64,000 bases of DNA from positions 62,001 through 126,000 of the forward strand of contig JAHBMJ010000432.1 in assembly GCA_018398765.1 (NCBI GenBank), in the 5' to 3' direction. The notes below the pieces were generated by a model. It was not told where the DNA came from. It saw only the letters and a program-made list of their open reading frames with translations, and made no database searches. Below, in pieces: positions 52,139-64,000 of the stretch; within the stretch, counting starts at the first letter, position 1, and each line of letters begins with the position of its first letter. The DNA is from Chromera velia (lineage: Eukaryota). The position numbers were made by a program, and so were the translations under genes.

Positions 52139-53922
52139 GTTCCTAACTGGAGCGTTGAACTGATGAGGGGTACGTGATCTTTCAACCAGGCAAGATCAAA
52201 AACACACTTCAGTCTGTATGCGCGCTCTGGAAAGTGTCTCTTTGACTCAGCAATCAGGGTCATGCAGGTTATTGTTTGGGGATGTTTGGGGTACATTGCA
52301 CGATTTGTGATTGAATTTGTGTCTCTGTCTGGCACACTCTGACGCGATTGAAATGTGTGGCGGAGACATGGGTAGACGGAGACGACGGACACAAACGGAA
52401 ATGACGCGTCGACGCGCGGGCATACTCCGGGCAGCAGGTAGGTACGGGCAGACGGCTACTCCATGCATGTTTGCGCGCGCGCGACGTCCGTCCGCCGTCG
52501 ATCGCATTGGTCTGGTATGAGGCCGTCTTTGACACAGTGACAGGCTCCAAGCCACCTAGTACCAGTCACTATACCACAGCTCAGAAAACAAAAAAACACA
52601 CAAGACAATACAACGATGAAACTCAAAAAATAGCTAAAAAATAGCTTAAAACTCATTTTTTCTAGTTTCGCTGGGAAATTCTTTCGATCCTGTTAAAAGC
52701 TATAAAACCAACATTTTTTTTAAAATAATGTTATGTAACTCAATTACGTTAAATTAAGTTCAACTTGACTTTCAATAACTTTTGAATCCAAAATTTCGAA
52801 AGTGTAATAAATTTAAGTTATCGTAAATTTTGCAAATGAATTCAAATAAGTATGTTATCGTAAATTAAATCATTACCAAATTGATTATAAAGCTTACTTT
52901 GGTGAATAAGTTAGGTTAAAGCCGGTGAGCCACCTCTTAAACTCTGGCCAACCCGGCATGTCATGCAAAAATTCGTTATGCAACCTAGGTTCCATGGGGC
53001 ATTTGAAGGCTTGCAAGACTAGGCAGCCCCTTCGCTTTAGTCTTAAGCATACACGCCGGACAGAGGTAATATCATTTTACAAATTGTAGAAAGTGATACC
53101 ATCAATAATATTTTATGACAACCACACAAACTTAAACAACAACATAAACGAAAACTATATTATACCTAAACTTATACAGGTCTTTTAATACAACTCTGCA
53201 AGTCCTTCATGCCTGCACTTACAGATTTTTTTTTATGTCGTTCAGGAAGAGAAGAAAGCCAATTTGTCTCTAGATTAGTCTTAAACAAAGGCTTTCGTTT
53301 CCCTCGTTTGCCTCAAGTTCTTCATTGCCGCGTTTCTTCCTTGAATCGCCTTTTCCTAGCTTACACGCTGCATGTCCTGTCGGGACCCTCGCTCCCTTCT
53401 TTCGAGACACACGAGGACATCGATCGAAGACTACTTCGCGGACAGGCAGCAAGAAGGAAACCTAGAAAGATTACCTTCTCTTTAAGTGAATTCTCATCCA
53501 CTTACTCGTTAGGGCACACGCCCTATGAACGAGTCCATGCATATGAAAGTTAACAAACTGCCAGCTGAATGCGGTAAGGCTGACAGAAGAAAAAGGGCAG
53601 CAGGAGCATTAGTCTGAAAGAGAAAAATCTGTCTACAAAGGAATTTTTTTATCGGAATCGAATTAGAAAGACCAAACCCCCATTGACGTATAGTGACAAA
53701 AAAACCAAAGTCACGCGAGCTGCTGAGGGGGAAACACGCACTCGTTGGAATGACATGACCAACAAGAGAGAAAGGTATCCAGTGAGATATTCCTTTTCCC
53801 ATTTCCCTTTTGCTTCTTTGTCTCCCAGCTTCTTCTTAACTTCTTTCGGGGAGTTGCCCTTAGGCCTCCTTCCCCTCTACTTTTCTTTCTTGCAATTGCA
53901 TAGATGCAAATTTGCATCCGTA

Positions 53923-56900
53923 TCAGGCTACCTCTTCATGCCCACTCCCGATAAGCGCTGGATTGTTGGGGGGTGAGCTAGGACTTGATTCGTCCTCCCC
54001 AGGTCCGCCTTCCTCTCTCTGCCTCCTGTCTCTGTCTCTGTCAGAAGACGAAAGGCTCTGAGGAAGAGGCACAACCGGAAGCTCTACAATCTTAGCGGAG
54101 CCAGACAGACCTGGAGCCTGTGGGCCTGCGGAGGCATCAAGAGAAGATCGGCCTATCACCTGAGAGTCCCCCCCCCCTTCTAGGTCCCCCATAGTGGAAC
54201 TCCTCCTTCTCTGAAGCTTCGCGCCTTCGTCATCTTCCGAAGCGCCGTCTTCCACTCCTGTTTCTCCTTCTGCTGAGTGAAGGGCCATCAGCCGTTTGTA
54301 ATACCCTTTCGAGAACTGCAGCACAATCAGGCCGATGACAGGAAAAACGGCAGCGATCACGTAGATGAGCCAGATGTTCACCGTTCTGTAGTTCCAAGTG
54401 GCCTTCCCTGCCGGATCGCTCAGAGGCGTCTCACAGTCCTTGTCGTGTCTGGCTTTGCACCCGTTCTCGTCGACCTGCATAGAGAGAGGGAGAGAGGGAG
54501 AGAGAGAGGGAGAGATGCAGGCTGATTCGATTCCTCAATATATCAACCAAAGCCCGCTCAGTGGGAAAAGGCATCGCGTCCCTCTTGACTCTCAGACCAA
54601 AAATGTGCATCAAGAAAGAAAAAAAAGAGATCGTGTTGCTCGCTATCGCCCGCAAAAAGAAAAAAAGGTGGAGACGCATCCCAACAATCCACTCAATGCG
54701 CGAACGAACGGAAGGCAGCCGACACCGGCAGGCAGGCAGGCAGGCAGGCAGGCAGACAGGCAGACAGGCAGACAGACAGACAGACCTGGAGCGACTGGGT
54801 AAAGTACGAAAGGGCAGACGAGACGAAGTTCGGCACCATGCCGTTGGTGATACCGTGCAGCCCGATAGCGATTGCCTTCGTGCTTGGAGGTGCGAGGCTG
54901 CAAGCAGAGAGAATCACAAGGGGTGGAGGGAGGGAGGGAGGCGACCGCAAGGGTGCATGCAGGCGGGCAGGGGGGAAGAGCAGCGAAACAAGCAGCTGGT
55001 AGACAGGCAGCCACACACACAGACAGACAGACTATGCGGCTCCTGTTTTTCTTCTTCTTCTACTTCTTCTTCCTTTTCCAGACAGACAAAGAAAGACATG
55101 AACGATCGAATCCAACGGGGCGACTGCCTGCCTGCATGCGTATCCCTGAACATGCACCGATTTGACATGTGCGCCTTGTGCATGCCTCCAAGCAAAGGAC
55201 AGAGACACACACACACACGCACGCAAGCAAGCAAAAACAGCAGCCGACCGATAGGCCAAATCCAAAGCAGCCGGGGAGGCCCAGACTTCACCCAGAGCGA
55301 TGATGGCGTAAACAGGACTCAGCAGAAGAATGGACGGACAAGAGGCACGGTCAGGGCTCCAGCTGCACGCACGCAGGGGATCGACGCGCGTGTGGAATGA
55401 ATGTGGTTGGAAGGAGTTGAGTAGCACTGAGCGGTCGTGTGGAGTGTGGTTGGAATGGAGTGGCACTAAGCGGTCGAAACACTGGGAGATGCCAGCATAT
55501 GGAAGAGGGAGAAAACCAAAACAGACAAAAAAAAGGGGGTCAAGAGAGAGAACGAGAGAGAGTTTTAGCGTCTTTTGGACTACTTCTCCCGGCTCATGAT
55601 TCCTTACACTGCTCAGAGATAGGAATAATACATGACTTCGAGTCAGCATCTCTACCCCTCTCTTACGGGACTGCAGGCCTGCCTGCCGACATGCTCGATC
55701 CACTCACCTGCTTCTCAACAATAGATCGATGCCAGCAGCATAGACGAGTGCCACGATTGCGCAGCAGCAGGCAATCATGAACTTGTTGATGTGGTTGATC
55801 ACAATCCTGTACCAGGAAGGAAGGAGGGGAGAAAAGGCAAATCAGTGCCTGTTGTCCTCTCTCATGGAAGGGCAAAGCCTCTCAGAACTAGTTCAGGGCA
55901 AGGTTTCTTCCCTTCTGTCGAACAAACTCTCGTTCACTCCTTTTGTCTTTGCTCTCAAAGATACTACACCTGCCTGCCCGCCAATCTCTCTGGACGTCTT
56001 TCTGTTGTACAGTGTCTGTGTCCGTTTGACTATGGACACACTGTTTTGTCTCAGATCTCTATCTTCGCCTCGGCGCAGTTCGCACTTCCCTACAATCAAG
56101 CTTTGATCCCTGCTCCCACTTCTCCCTCCCTCCCTCCCTGACTGACCCCTTTCGATCGAGGTACGGCAGCAGAAGCCGTTCAACGATAAAGGCAAAGAAC
56201 ACGACTGCCAGCTGCAATCCAGCAATCCAGTCGAGGGCTCATGCTTGCGCGCGCGCTCCCTCTCTCACGCGCACGCATACACACAAATGAGAGAGATGCA
56301 AAACAAAAAGGAAGCAAAAAAGGCAAAAAGGAGTGCGGAACGGACGGAGAAAGGAGGAATGACAGAAGTGACCGACAGGGACACAGAGCCTTCCGCTCAT
56401 GATTCAGAACGAGCCCCCTTTCGAACAGGAAAGAGAAAACTGTGGAGAGGACAAAACATGAAGAAAGAGCAAGAATGAATGAAGAATCGGCCAGGGACGA
56501 AGGCATCCATTCTGCATAGGCGCTCTCTCTGTGAGGCGAGTCGGAAAAGGAGAAGGGAAGAGAAGAACAGAAACTCACAAAAGTGAAGAGAGTTTTTGCG
56601 TCTAATGATCGGCTCCAAGACTGCCACTAACACGCTTGGAAGTGAGAGCGGCAATGACTGCGACATACATAGAGCCTAGCGGATTGCTTTGAGTGGCAGG
56701 AGGAGGACAATGGCACGGGCAGGCAGGCAGCTTTCTGTTCGTGTCTGAGAGAGATGGACCGGAGAATGTGGCCCAGAAAAAAAAAAAAAGAGAGAGAGGA
56801 AGAGGGTGTCTACTCTACCAACCAACCGGATTGATGAAGGAATTGAGGACGTTGCTGTCGAACAGCCCCCCAGGGCCCTCAGGCCTCATTTCGTAGCCCT

Positions 56901-57465
56901 GGAAGAGGACATAGGTGTCCATCTGCATGCATGCAACCACACCATGCAGCACATAACACAAACAGTCAGTCAGACACGCAAGCAGAGAGAAAGGTAGGTA
57001 GATGTGATTGGGGAGGTAGAAACACAAACACATAAGGAGAACACCGGTGCCTTCCTGAGTGAGATGCTTTTCTATCTGCAGCTCCTTGTCTCGGGCTCCT
57101 TACAAAAACGCGTGCAAACAACACGAGCACGTTCCTTCACACATACAAATGTACAGAGTGATCCACCCAGATAGACACACAGAAGCAATACCGAGAAAGA
57201 AGAAGAGAAAAAGCCATGCACCCACCTGCCAGTAGGACATGGAGAAGAAGAATGTTCCAATGAAGATGAGAGGTACCAGGTTGAGGACTCTCCTCGTGTC
57301 GTCTACTGCAGCCTCTGGGAATTTGCCCCCCATGCCTCTCTTCTGAGCCTCTAGGTTGGGGGGGCAAGTGGAGACGCTTCCCCAGACAACCTTCAAGAGC
57401 TGGACGAGGGAACTCCCGAGAGGCTTTCTTTTCACATACCTGCATGCATCATCATCATCAAGCGT

Positions 57466-57497
<32 letters not shown>

Positions 57498-58626
57498 GGG
57501 GAATGGAATGAGACCGAGAGACAGAGAGAAGGAGTGCGAATGACCAAAGGCTGAATGAAGTGAAAGAACTAGATGAAAAATGAGAGAACGGAGGGAGCTG
57601 ATCGAAGCAAGTATACATTCAAGGGACCAGAGGGGGAGAGAAGAAGGAGAACGAACAGTAAGTAGATCAAGTGATACAATTCAACGCACCGGACGAAGAA
57701 CAATTTCGGTCAGAACAGTGGCAAGAGGCGAAGCTGGGAAGTACTCAAATCACTTCAGTTGAAAGACTGAGAACGCAGAATAAGAGGGCGAGAAGGCCTT
57801 GCAAGAGAATCCGATAAACACACACAGTCTAGAGACCAATTAAACAAAGAAAAAAACACCCCATGCACAAACAAAAGACCGACTGACCTCCAGGACCCCA
57901 CGAGGAAGGCGACGAAACCAAACGCAAAAGCAACAGTGGGGATCGAGAACGGCTTCCACATCTCGTTTCCCACCTGCATTCATGCGCCCATTCATTCATT
58001 CATTCATTCATTCATTCATTCATTCATCTATTCCGCCATTCCTTTGTTCATTGCCTCACTCACACGCTCGCTCATCCGATCACCAATTCGTTCACTCATT
58101 TATTGATTCAATTCATTCATTCATTGATTCATCTATTCCGCAATTCCTTTGTTCATTGCCTCACACGCTCGCTCATCCGATCACCAATTCGTTCACTCAT
58201 TTATTGATTCAATTCATTCACACATAATTTTCAGTCAGTCACGCAAGCACCCACTCGTGTCCCGCGCGTTTTGAACGGGACAGATCGAGAAATTCCTCTT
58301 CCTTCCTCACCTACACTCTCCAGGCTCTACCTTTCCTGACACTACGAGTGCCCCTCTGTTGTGGCTTTCTAAGTGTCTCGGTGTCTCAGTGTCTTCGTGC
58401 CGGTCTGTCTTTCTTGATTTGTCTGTGTCTTTTTCTGACTGTCTCTCTCTGTCCGTCTGTCTGTCTGTCCGTCCGTCCGTCCGTCCGTCCGTCCGTCCGT
58501 CTGTCTGTCTGTCTGTCTGTCTGTCTGTGTCTGTCTGTCTGTCTGTCTGTCTATCTCCCTCTGTCTGTCTGTCTCCCTCTGTCTGTCTGTCTCCCTCTCT
58601 GTCTCCCTCTCTGTCTCCCTCTCCCT

Positions 58627-58673
<47 letters not shown>

Positions 58674-59429
58674 TTTCCCTCGCTTGCTCTCGCTAGCTGT
58701 CTCTATCAATCAATCAGTCAGTTTGTCTGACTGGCTGACTGACTGATTGACCAACCGACCCACCGTGTTTGCGTAGACGTTGACCGCAGTGGAGACGAGG
58801 GCACCGATGTTGATCACAATGTAGAACTTCAACCAGTAGGACATCAGCCTGTCTTTGTGAATCTCTGGGTGAAATTGGTTCGCCCCCATGGTCCCCACCA
58901 GGGACTTGATGCCCCCGAACCCGAGAGGGAACCAGAGAAAGAAGTAGACGGGCGTCATCCAAGACTGATACAGCGAAGGCGACCCTGCGATAGTCATCAA
59001 GGTCAGAGCGCCAATGTAGACGACCGAAGTCACGAGAATTCCGGTGTACACGCCCATGAAGGAATCGGCAATTGCTGCCGACAAAAGGGGCCAGAGGTAC
59101 CCGAGACCTGTCATCAACTTGATGGTCGATGAAGCCTCTGCTACGGACATGCCTGCAAAGGTGTCGTTGGTCAAATAGCGGTTGTACTCGGGTTGTAGGC
59201 AGTAGTAGGCGAATCTTTCCAACATTTCCAATACGAGAACAAACACGGCGGCCTTCCACATGGGATTGGCATAGTAAGTGTAGACGTTGTTTTTTTCATC
59301 TGTGTACTTCCAGGGTTTTTCTTTGTCTCCGGTTTTGTATTTTTCTGGAATATCCGCCAACACCGCTGTGTCCTCTGCAGTGTGGTCCACAGGAGACTGA
59401 TCCTCTCCGGGAACGGTTTTCAAAGCCAT
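53923..59429 (-). CDS. POT/PTR2 (SLC15/NPF) proton-coupled oligopeptide transporter, ~667 aa, 9 exons
   Basis: Exons 59429-58764, 57973-57888, 57439-57226, 56922-56827, 56211-56147, 55806-55708, 55362-55249, 54897-54786, 54474-53923. Motifs EMLERFAYY (ExxER), IADSFMG, GFGGIK, GANQF, FYIVINIGAL, INP, LGEV, LAPPSTKA. Confidence 0.9.
58021..58222. repeat. Intronic ~100-bp tandem duplication
   Basis: TTCATCTATTCCGC...CCGATCACCAATTCGTTCACTCATTTATTGATTCAATTCATTCA occurs twice, nearly identical. Confidence 0.85.
58441..58672. repeat. Compound microsatellite (GTCC)n(GTCT)n(CT)n, intronic
   Basis: Direct reading. Confidence 0.9.
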
Positions 59430-60175
59430 TCTGGGGCAGTTCTTCCAGGAACTGTTTCCCAACAGGCTTGGATTGCGCGGAGACAGAAAAGACGGACAAC
59501 AGGTAAGCAACAGCAGGTGCTTCACAGGAACAGAGCAGAGGGCTTACCCAGTAAAGAATTGCTTGCTAGTGTCGCAAGAGCGGGACTCAATCTAGAGCTT
59601 TGCACGTCACTGCGTAGTCTCGCACATGTGTATATAGTACGATTCTGACAGTCCCAATTCGACTGTCAGAAAGGCTGCTTCAAAGGCATGATGTCAGTCG
59701 ACCATTGTCAGTCTGGCACTCTTTTTGCGCGCGAGCTATAGGGGCCGGCGCATGCCGGCGCTTCGCACGCGAAGTTTTGTCACAGCACAAGATCGATGCG
59801 CGCAGCTAGCTAGCGCGCTCCGCAACCTAGCTGTCGATCGGATCATGCATGCATGTCGCGGATCCTCTTTCTCGAATTCAGCGCGGCCGTGCGGCTCGCT
59901 TGACCGCGGGGCATCATTCACTCATGCGATCTGACAGCTAGTTAGCCTGCGACAGCCTTCGCACTGCCACTGCAACTACCGTATGCGGTGCGGTTCGTTT
60001 TCTTTTCAATTCACTGATCGTGGTTGGTTGCTGTGTTGGTGCCTGGAACTTTGACAAACGTAAAGCACAACTGCCTTGTCTCGCCGTCTCCTGTGAATCT
60101 TGTATTCACTGTTCAACTGACTTCGTCAATTGAGATTGCCCCCAACCGTCCGCACTTTGCATCAGGATAATCGCG

Positions 60176-61849
60176 ATGGAAGTCAATGTCGTCCTTGCAG
60201 ACTCTCAGTCAGCTGCCGCGAAAGGTTCTCCTTTTCCCTTCCAACTACAGCCATTCCAAAAAATTGCTACTTCTATGAATCAGTACGTAGACGGGAAACA
60301 CGAGAGTTCTGCACCTGCCACGGGAGAAGGCTCGAGCGGGGCGTCCCACCCATCCTCTGTGGTAGATCCCACCCATCCTCTGTGGGTGGCAACTGAGAAG
60401 ATCCACGGGGCACAGCTGCAGCTGTACTGCGGCCTTTCGAGTGGCACCAGCGGTGGGTCGGTCGTGGGGGTACGTGTCTTATCCCCCCTTTGTACATTCG
60501 TTGTATTCGTTGAGCATACAGAGAAAGACCATCCATATTTTTTCTCCATACATACATGAATTGGTGCTGGCCAGGTCGACTTCGGTTGCGTTTTTGGATG
60601 GCTACTTTATTATATATGCAAAAAGGAAAACATTTCATAGTCGACATTCAATGTATAGATTCACCTACGTGTTTGTCCCCATGCAGGGAAATTGCCAACC
60701 TTGGTTGTCGCTGCTGCAAAGAGAAGTGGGTGGCTGGCACCGTTGGACAGTTTTTTTGGGTTTCAGGAGGTGGTACGGCGTCTGGGGCCTGCCATCCGTT
60801 TTGTCATCGAGCAGCTGGTGGCACGGCGCGCAGAACAGAGCGAGCTTCGCTACGTGGTTCTGTATGGCGAGTTGTTTGGGGGTTGGTATCCTTCTGAGTC
60901 CCTCGCATCGAAGTGGAGGGGGTGGAGGGAGAGTGCGAGCGTTGGTTCAGCAGCGTCAGCATCCTCTGCTGCTGGTGCCGCTGCTACAGCGGGCAATCGT
61001 GCAGATGCAGAAGATCCGGAGTCTTTGTTGAGAGGCGCTGCGAGGCCAGTGCAACAGGGGGTGTACTATTCGCCCCGGAAGGAGTTTTTCGTATTTGATT
61101 GTGCAGTCGTGAACAGCAACCACGATGCAAGACTGCTTCCCTTCCATCAGTTGGAAGCACTATGCGAGGCCAGTCAAACTGCCGAAGAGGGGGGAAGTGC
61201 AAGTGCCAGGAGAGCCGAGGGCAGAGATGCAGGAAGGCTTTTGGACCCCCTGATCGCAGTGCCTGTGGTGGCAAGGGGCAGCTCGTATTCCGAACTTGTT
61301 TCGGATTTGTCTCTGGATTTCGACTCGAAAGTTCCTGCTGTTCTCAATCATCTCGTGCGTGTAGGCAGGGGTGAGGGGACAGACAGGGAAGAAGATCGGC
61401 TGTGTCAACTTCCGAGTCTTCCCGCGGGGACCAACACTGCGGAGGGGGTGGTGATGCGTCCGAATGATAGCAGCAAGAGTGCAGTGTACAAGGGGAGTCG
61501 TGTTGTGTCGATGGTGAAACACAAACACGAAAAGTTTGGGGAGATCGAAGAAATCGACAAACCGAGAGGCGACGAGCCTCCTGCTATTCTCGTTGCGCGG
61601 GTGTTTGACGCTTGTTTGACCCCCAACAGGGTTAGAGCGGTTCGGAGTAAGATCACAGAGGAAGAAGCAAAAGACCCGGAAGGCAGAATTTTGTCTGATT
61701 TGGTCTCTGATGTTCTAGAGGCCTTCTGGACCGATGCACCGAGAGAATACCAAGACGCCTACGCCAAGCTGTCGGAAGAAGAAATTTCGGGATTGGAATC
61801 CGATCTCAATAAGAAGGCCGTGAAGCTTTTGCGCACCCTTCTGCAGTGA
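60176..61849 (+). CDS. ATP-dependent RNA ligase of the Rnl2/RNA-editing-ligase (REL) family, ~479 aa, 2 exons
   Basis: Exons 60176-60452 and 60687-61849 (phase-1 G|GTGGGT...ATGCAG). Motifs I WVATEKIHGAQ, Ia AKRSG, III LYGELFGG, VQQGVYYSP, IIIa FFVFD, IV AEGVVMRP, V VKHKHEKFGE; C-domain LTPNRVRAVRSKI...LVSDVLE. Confidence 0.9.
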
Positions 61850-62013
61850 GGTGACTTAGCCTACTATAGACAAGACGATAGACCTGGTCATCTTCCTGGC
61901 CGGGAAATTCACCCTCTAGTTCACCTTTTAAACTGGGTTTTGAAGGCGCTCAAAATTGAAGTAATCGCTGACAAATACATTCAAAGGGATCGTACCAAGT
62001 TTTCAAGTTATTT

Positions 62014-62058
62014 CTCTGTCTCTCTCTCAGACAGAGTCTCTCTCTCTCTCTCTCTCTG

Positions 62059-62117
<59 letters not shown>

Positions 62118-62129
62118 CCTCTCTCTCTT

Positions 62130-62166
<37 letters not shown>
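62014..62166. repeat. (CT)n(GT)n compound microsatellite
   Basis: Direct reading. Confidence 0.9.
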
Positions 62167-62168
<2 letters not shown>

Positions 62169-63248
62169 GAGATATTCAGAAATTATACGTTGCTGTAGTA
62201 AATTATACTTTGCTGTTGTAATAGCCGAGCTGAGTGCATAAAGCTACAAGCTCCTCTCCTACCTCTCCTAGCTCTTTGACTGCTTCCTTCTCTGGTGGTT
62301 TAGTGCAGGACTCAGTGTGCTACCGCTGTAGAGAGGGAAATCCCCGTAAAGCTACAGAGATTCATGCCAGAGGTAACGGTGGCGATGGCTTCATAGTGCC
62401 CTGACGACAGCCTAGACGACAGCCGCTTTCCCGGGCCGCGTGAACTTTGACTTTCAAGTTCCGGGGCCGCATGTTGCGCAACAGCCTTTGAGATCGAAGC
62501 GCGGTCTCAAATCGTCGATTAATTGTGCGCATGCATTCGTGTGGATCTGATCATACTTCCCCTTTCTGATTGAAAGCTTGCATCACGGTTTAATGAGTGA
62601 CCTCCCGGTTTCTCACTCACTTCTTCTGATACTCGACCTTGATCTATGCATTCCTTCAAACGTTTCACCTCAGATTAGTCTAGGTGTTGCGATGGTTTCT
62701 TTATATAGATGGACGAGCTAGTGAGTTAATCTCCCTTTTGTCAGAATATCTTGATGTGATCGACCAAGGTGGTATGAGTCTAGGCCCTTTCGGTTACTAG
62801 TCTCCCGACCAGCGTCACCTATCACATCATGGAGTGAATCAGCTAGTAAATTTATGAATCGGTCGAGTGATATTCAATTTAAAGTTAGACCAGTGGTCCT
62901 ATAGTAGTGGTTTCCATTCAAACATCACATATATATTGCTAGATATATTGGGTAGAGCGCAAGTGGCTAGGCAAGTGGTTGGCTTAATAATTGTATGACT
63001 TTAACATCATTTCCATTTAAAAACTTCATTTAAAAAATTAAAAATTTTGTAAATAACTTGAACTGATTTAACTGAAGATAATGTATAAGAAAAACTTAGA
63101 TTTCTTTGTACCGCTTTATACTATATAATGTTTCATATATTTTCCAATAATATATAAAAAAAAAAAAAATAGTTCAAAACTCCAACAAAATGTTAGTCAT
63201 TTTTGAAGTCTAACTAAACACTTAAAACTTAGTTTTAATTTCTATTAG

Positions 63249-63345
63249 TAGTGCTAGGAAAAGGTTCAAGGTTCAAGGTTCACTTCGAAGTAATGAACCT
63301 GAATCAGGTTCAAAAACAGGTTTAAAAACAAGTTCACTTTAAATT
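63249..63345 (+). mobile_element. Probable left end of a second hAT-like element
   Basis: TAGTGCTAGGAAAAGG resembles the TIR at 47560 (TAGGGCTTGGAAAAGG) and is followed by AGGTTCA subterminal repeats. The other end is not seen in the window. Confidence 0.45.
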
Positions 63346-64000
63346 AATAGAAACCTCATTTTTTCGTGTTATTTTATGCCTTTAAATTAGGCTCTAATAC
63401 ATTTTTAGAACGTTTTATTACCTGTTAGGCCTCAGAGACGAGCGGCCGGGGTGGCGCTTTGGGCCGAAGGGACGCGAGGAGTGCGGTCCCGGAGGACCAA
63501 AGTGATTGACGCACGCCGCGCACGCGAGTCATGCAACACTTTCCAAACAACACTTGATTGCATTACACGGAATTGAACAAACAGACTGTATTGCAATAAA
63601 TGAAAAGAAGTCATAGAGAAATGATGATACAGAGTCTCCTTCTGTATTGGACATGCGCAATACAGAGCGTCCGAATTAAATCTAAATAAACGTGGTTGAA
63701 AGATCCAGAGCACCATACGTCACAGTCTCTATGCAATGTCCAAACAAACTGGAAGAACGACCCGAACCAAGGATGCACAGACTTTACACGTAAGTTGATA
63801 GTCGTCATGCTGCCGTCACGCTAGCTATACAACAAAAGTGGTAGACAGAGCACATTCTTTTTCACGGCCTCTGTCTCTCTTTCGTTGCAGCCATCTCTGG
63901 GACTACACGGTCGGGAAGGGCTTACCTCAACCCTTCCTTACCAGCCAACCAGGCAGTCAATCAGTGGTTCCAGGAGCTCTTCGAGGAAGACGAAGAGGAG

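Noticed and set aside
56580..56690. Additional POT transporter exon (SLPLSLPSVLVAVLEPIIRRK)
   Set aside because: Exon 56211-56147 already continues FINP in the right phase with the expected helix, so this segment is not needed.
60453..60475. Rnl2 donor site at GTACGT (60470)
   Set aside because: It gives phase 0, incompatible with the acceptor at 60686; the GTGGGT donor at 60453 restores the frame.

Overview
Eukaryotic, intron-rich, microsatellite-rich genomic DNA. GT-AG introns, abundant TGCATG(CA) motifs, a flagellar gene and the general composition suggest an alveolate, probably a chromerid such as Chromera velia; this is inference, not proof. I reconstructed these genes by hand: a secreted mosaic protein (two bacterial-type DUF11/DUF7507 Ig-like repeats plus a Ca-binding EGF, all introns phase 1), a DDX21/RH3-type DEAD-box helicase, CFAP299, a possible F-box protein, a SIMPL/DUF541 protein, a TEY MAP kinase, an opine (octopine/tauropine) dehydrogenase, a POT/PTR2 peptide transporter and a T4 Rnl2/REL-family RNA ligase. 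Mobile DNA comprises the 3' end of a chromodomain-bearing Ty3/gypsy element with PPT and 3' LTR, a TA-TSD MITE, a foldback element, a hAT non-autonomous element with an 8-bp TSD, and a probable second hAT end. The most striking pattern is that these transposon relics carry C-to-T/G-to-A transitions, often CpA->TpA, and sit in TpA-rich AT islands, while genes and introns look unaffected. This resembles repeat-induced point mutation (RIP) in a non-fungal genome. There is also a ~20 kb gene-free, transposon-free tract downstream of the MAPK, and a 1,029-bp exact duplication that is probably an assembly artefact.
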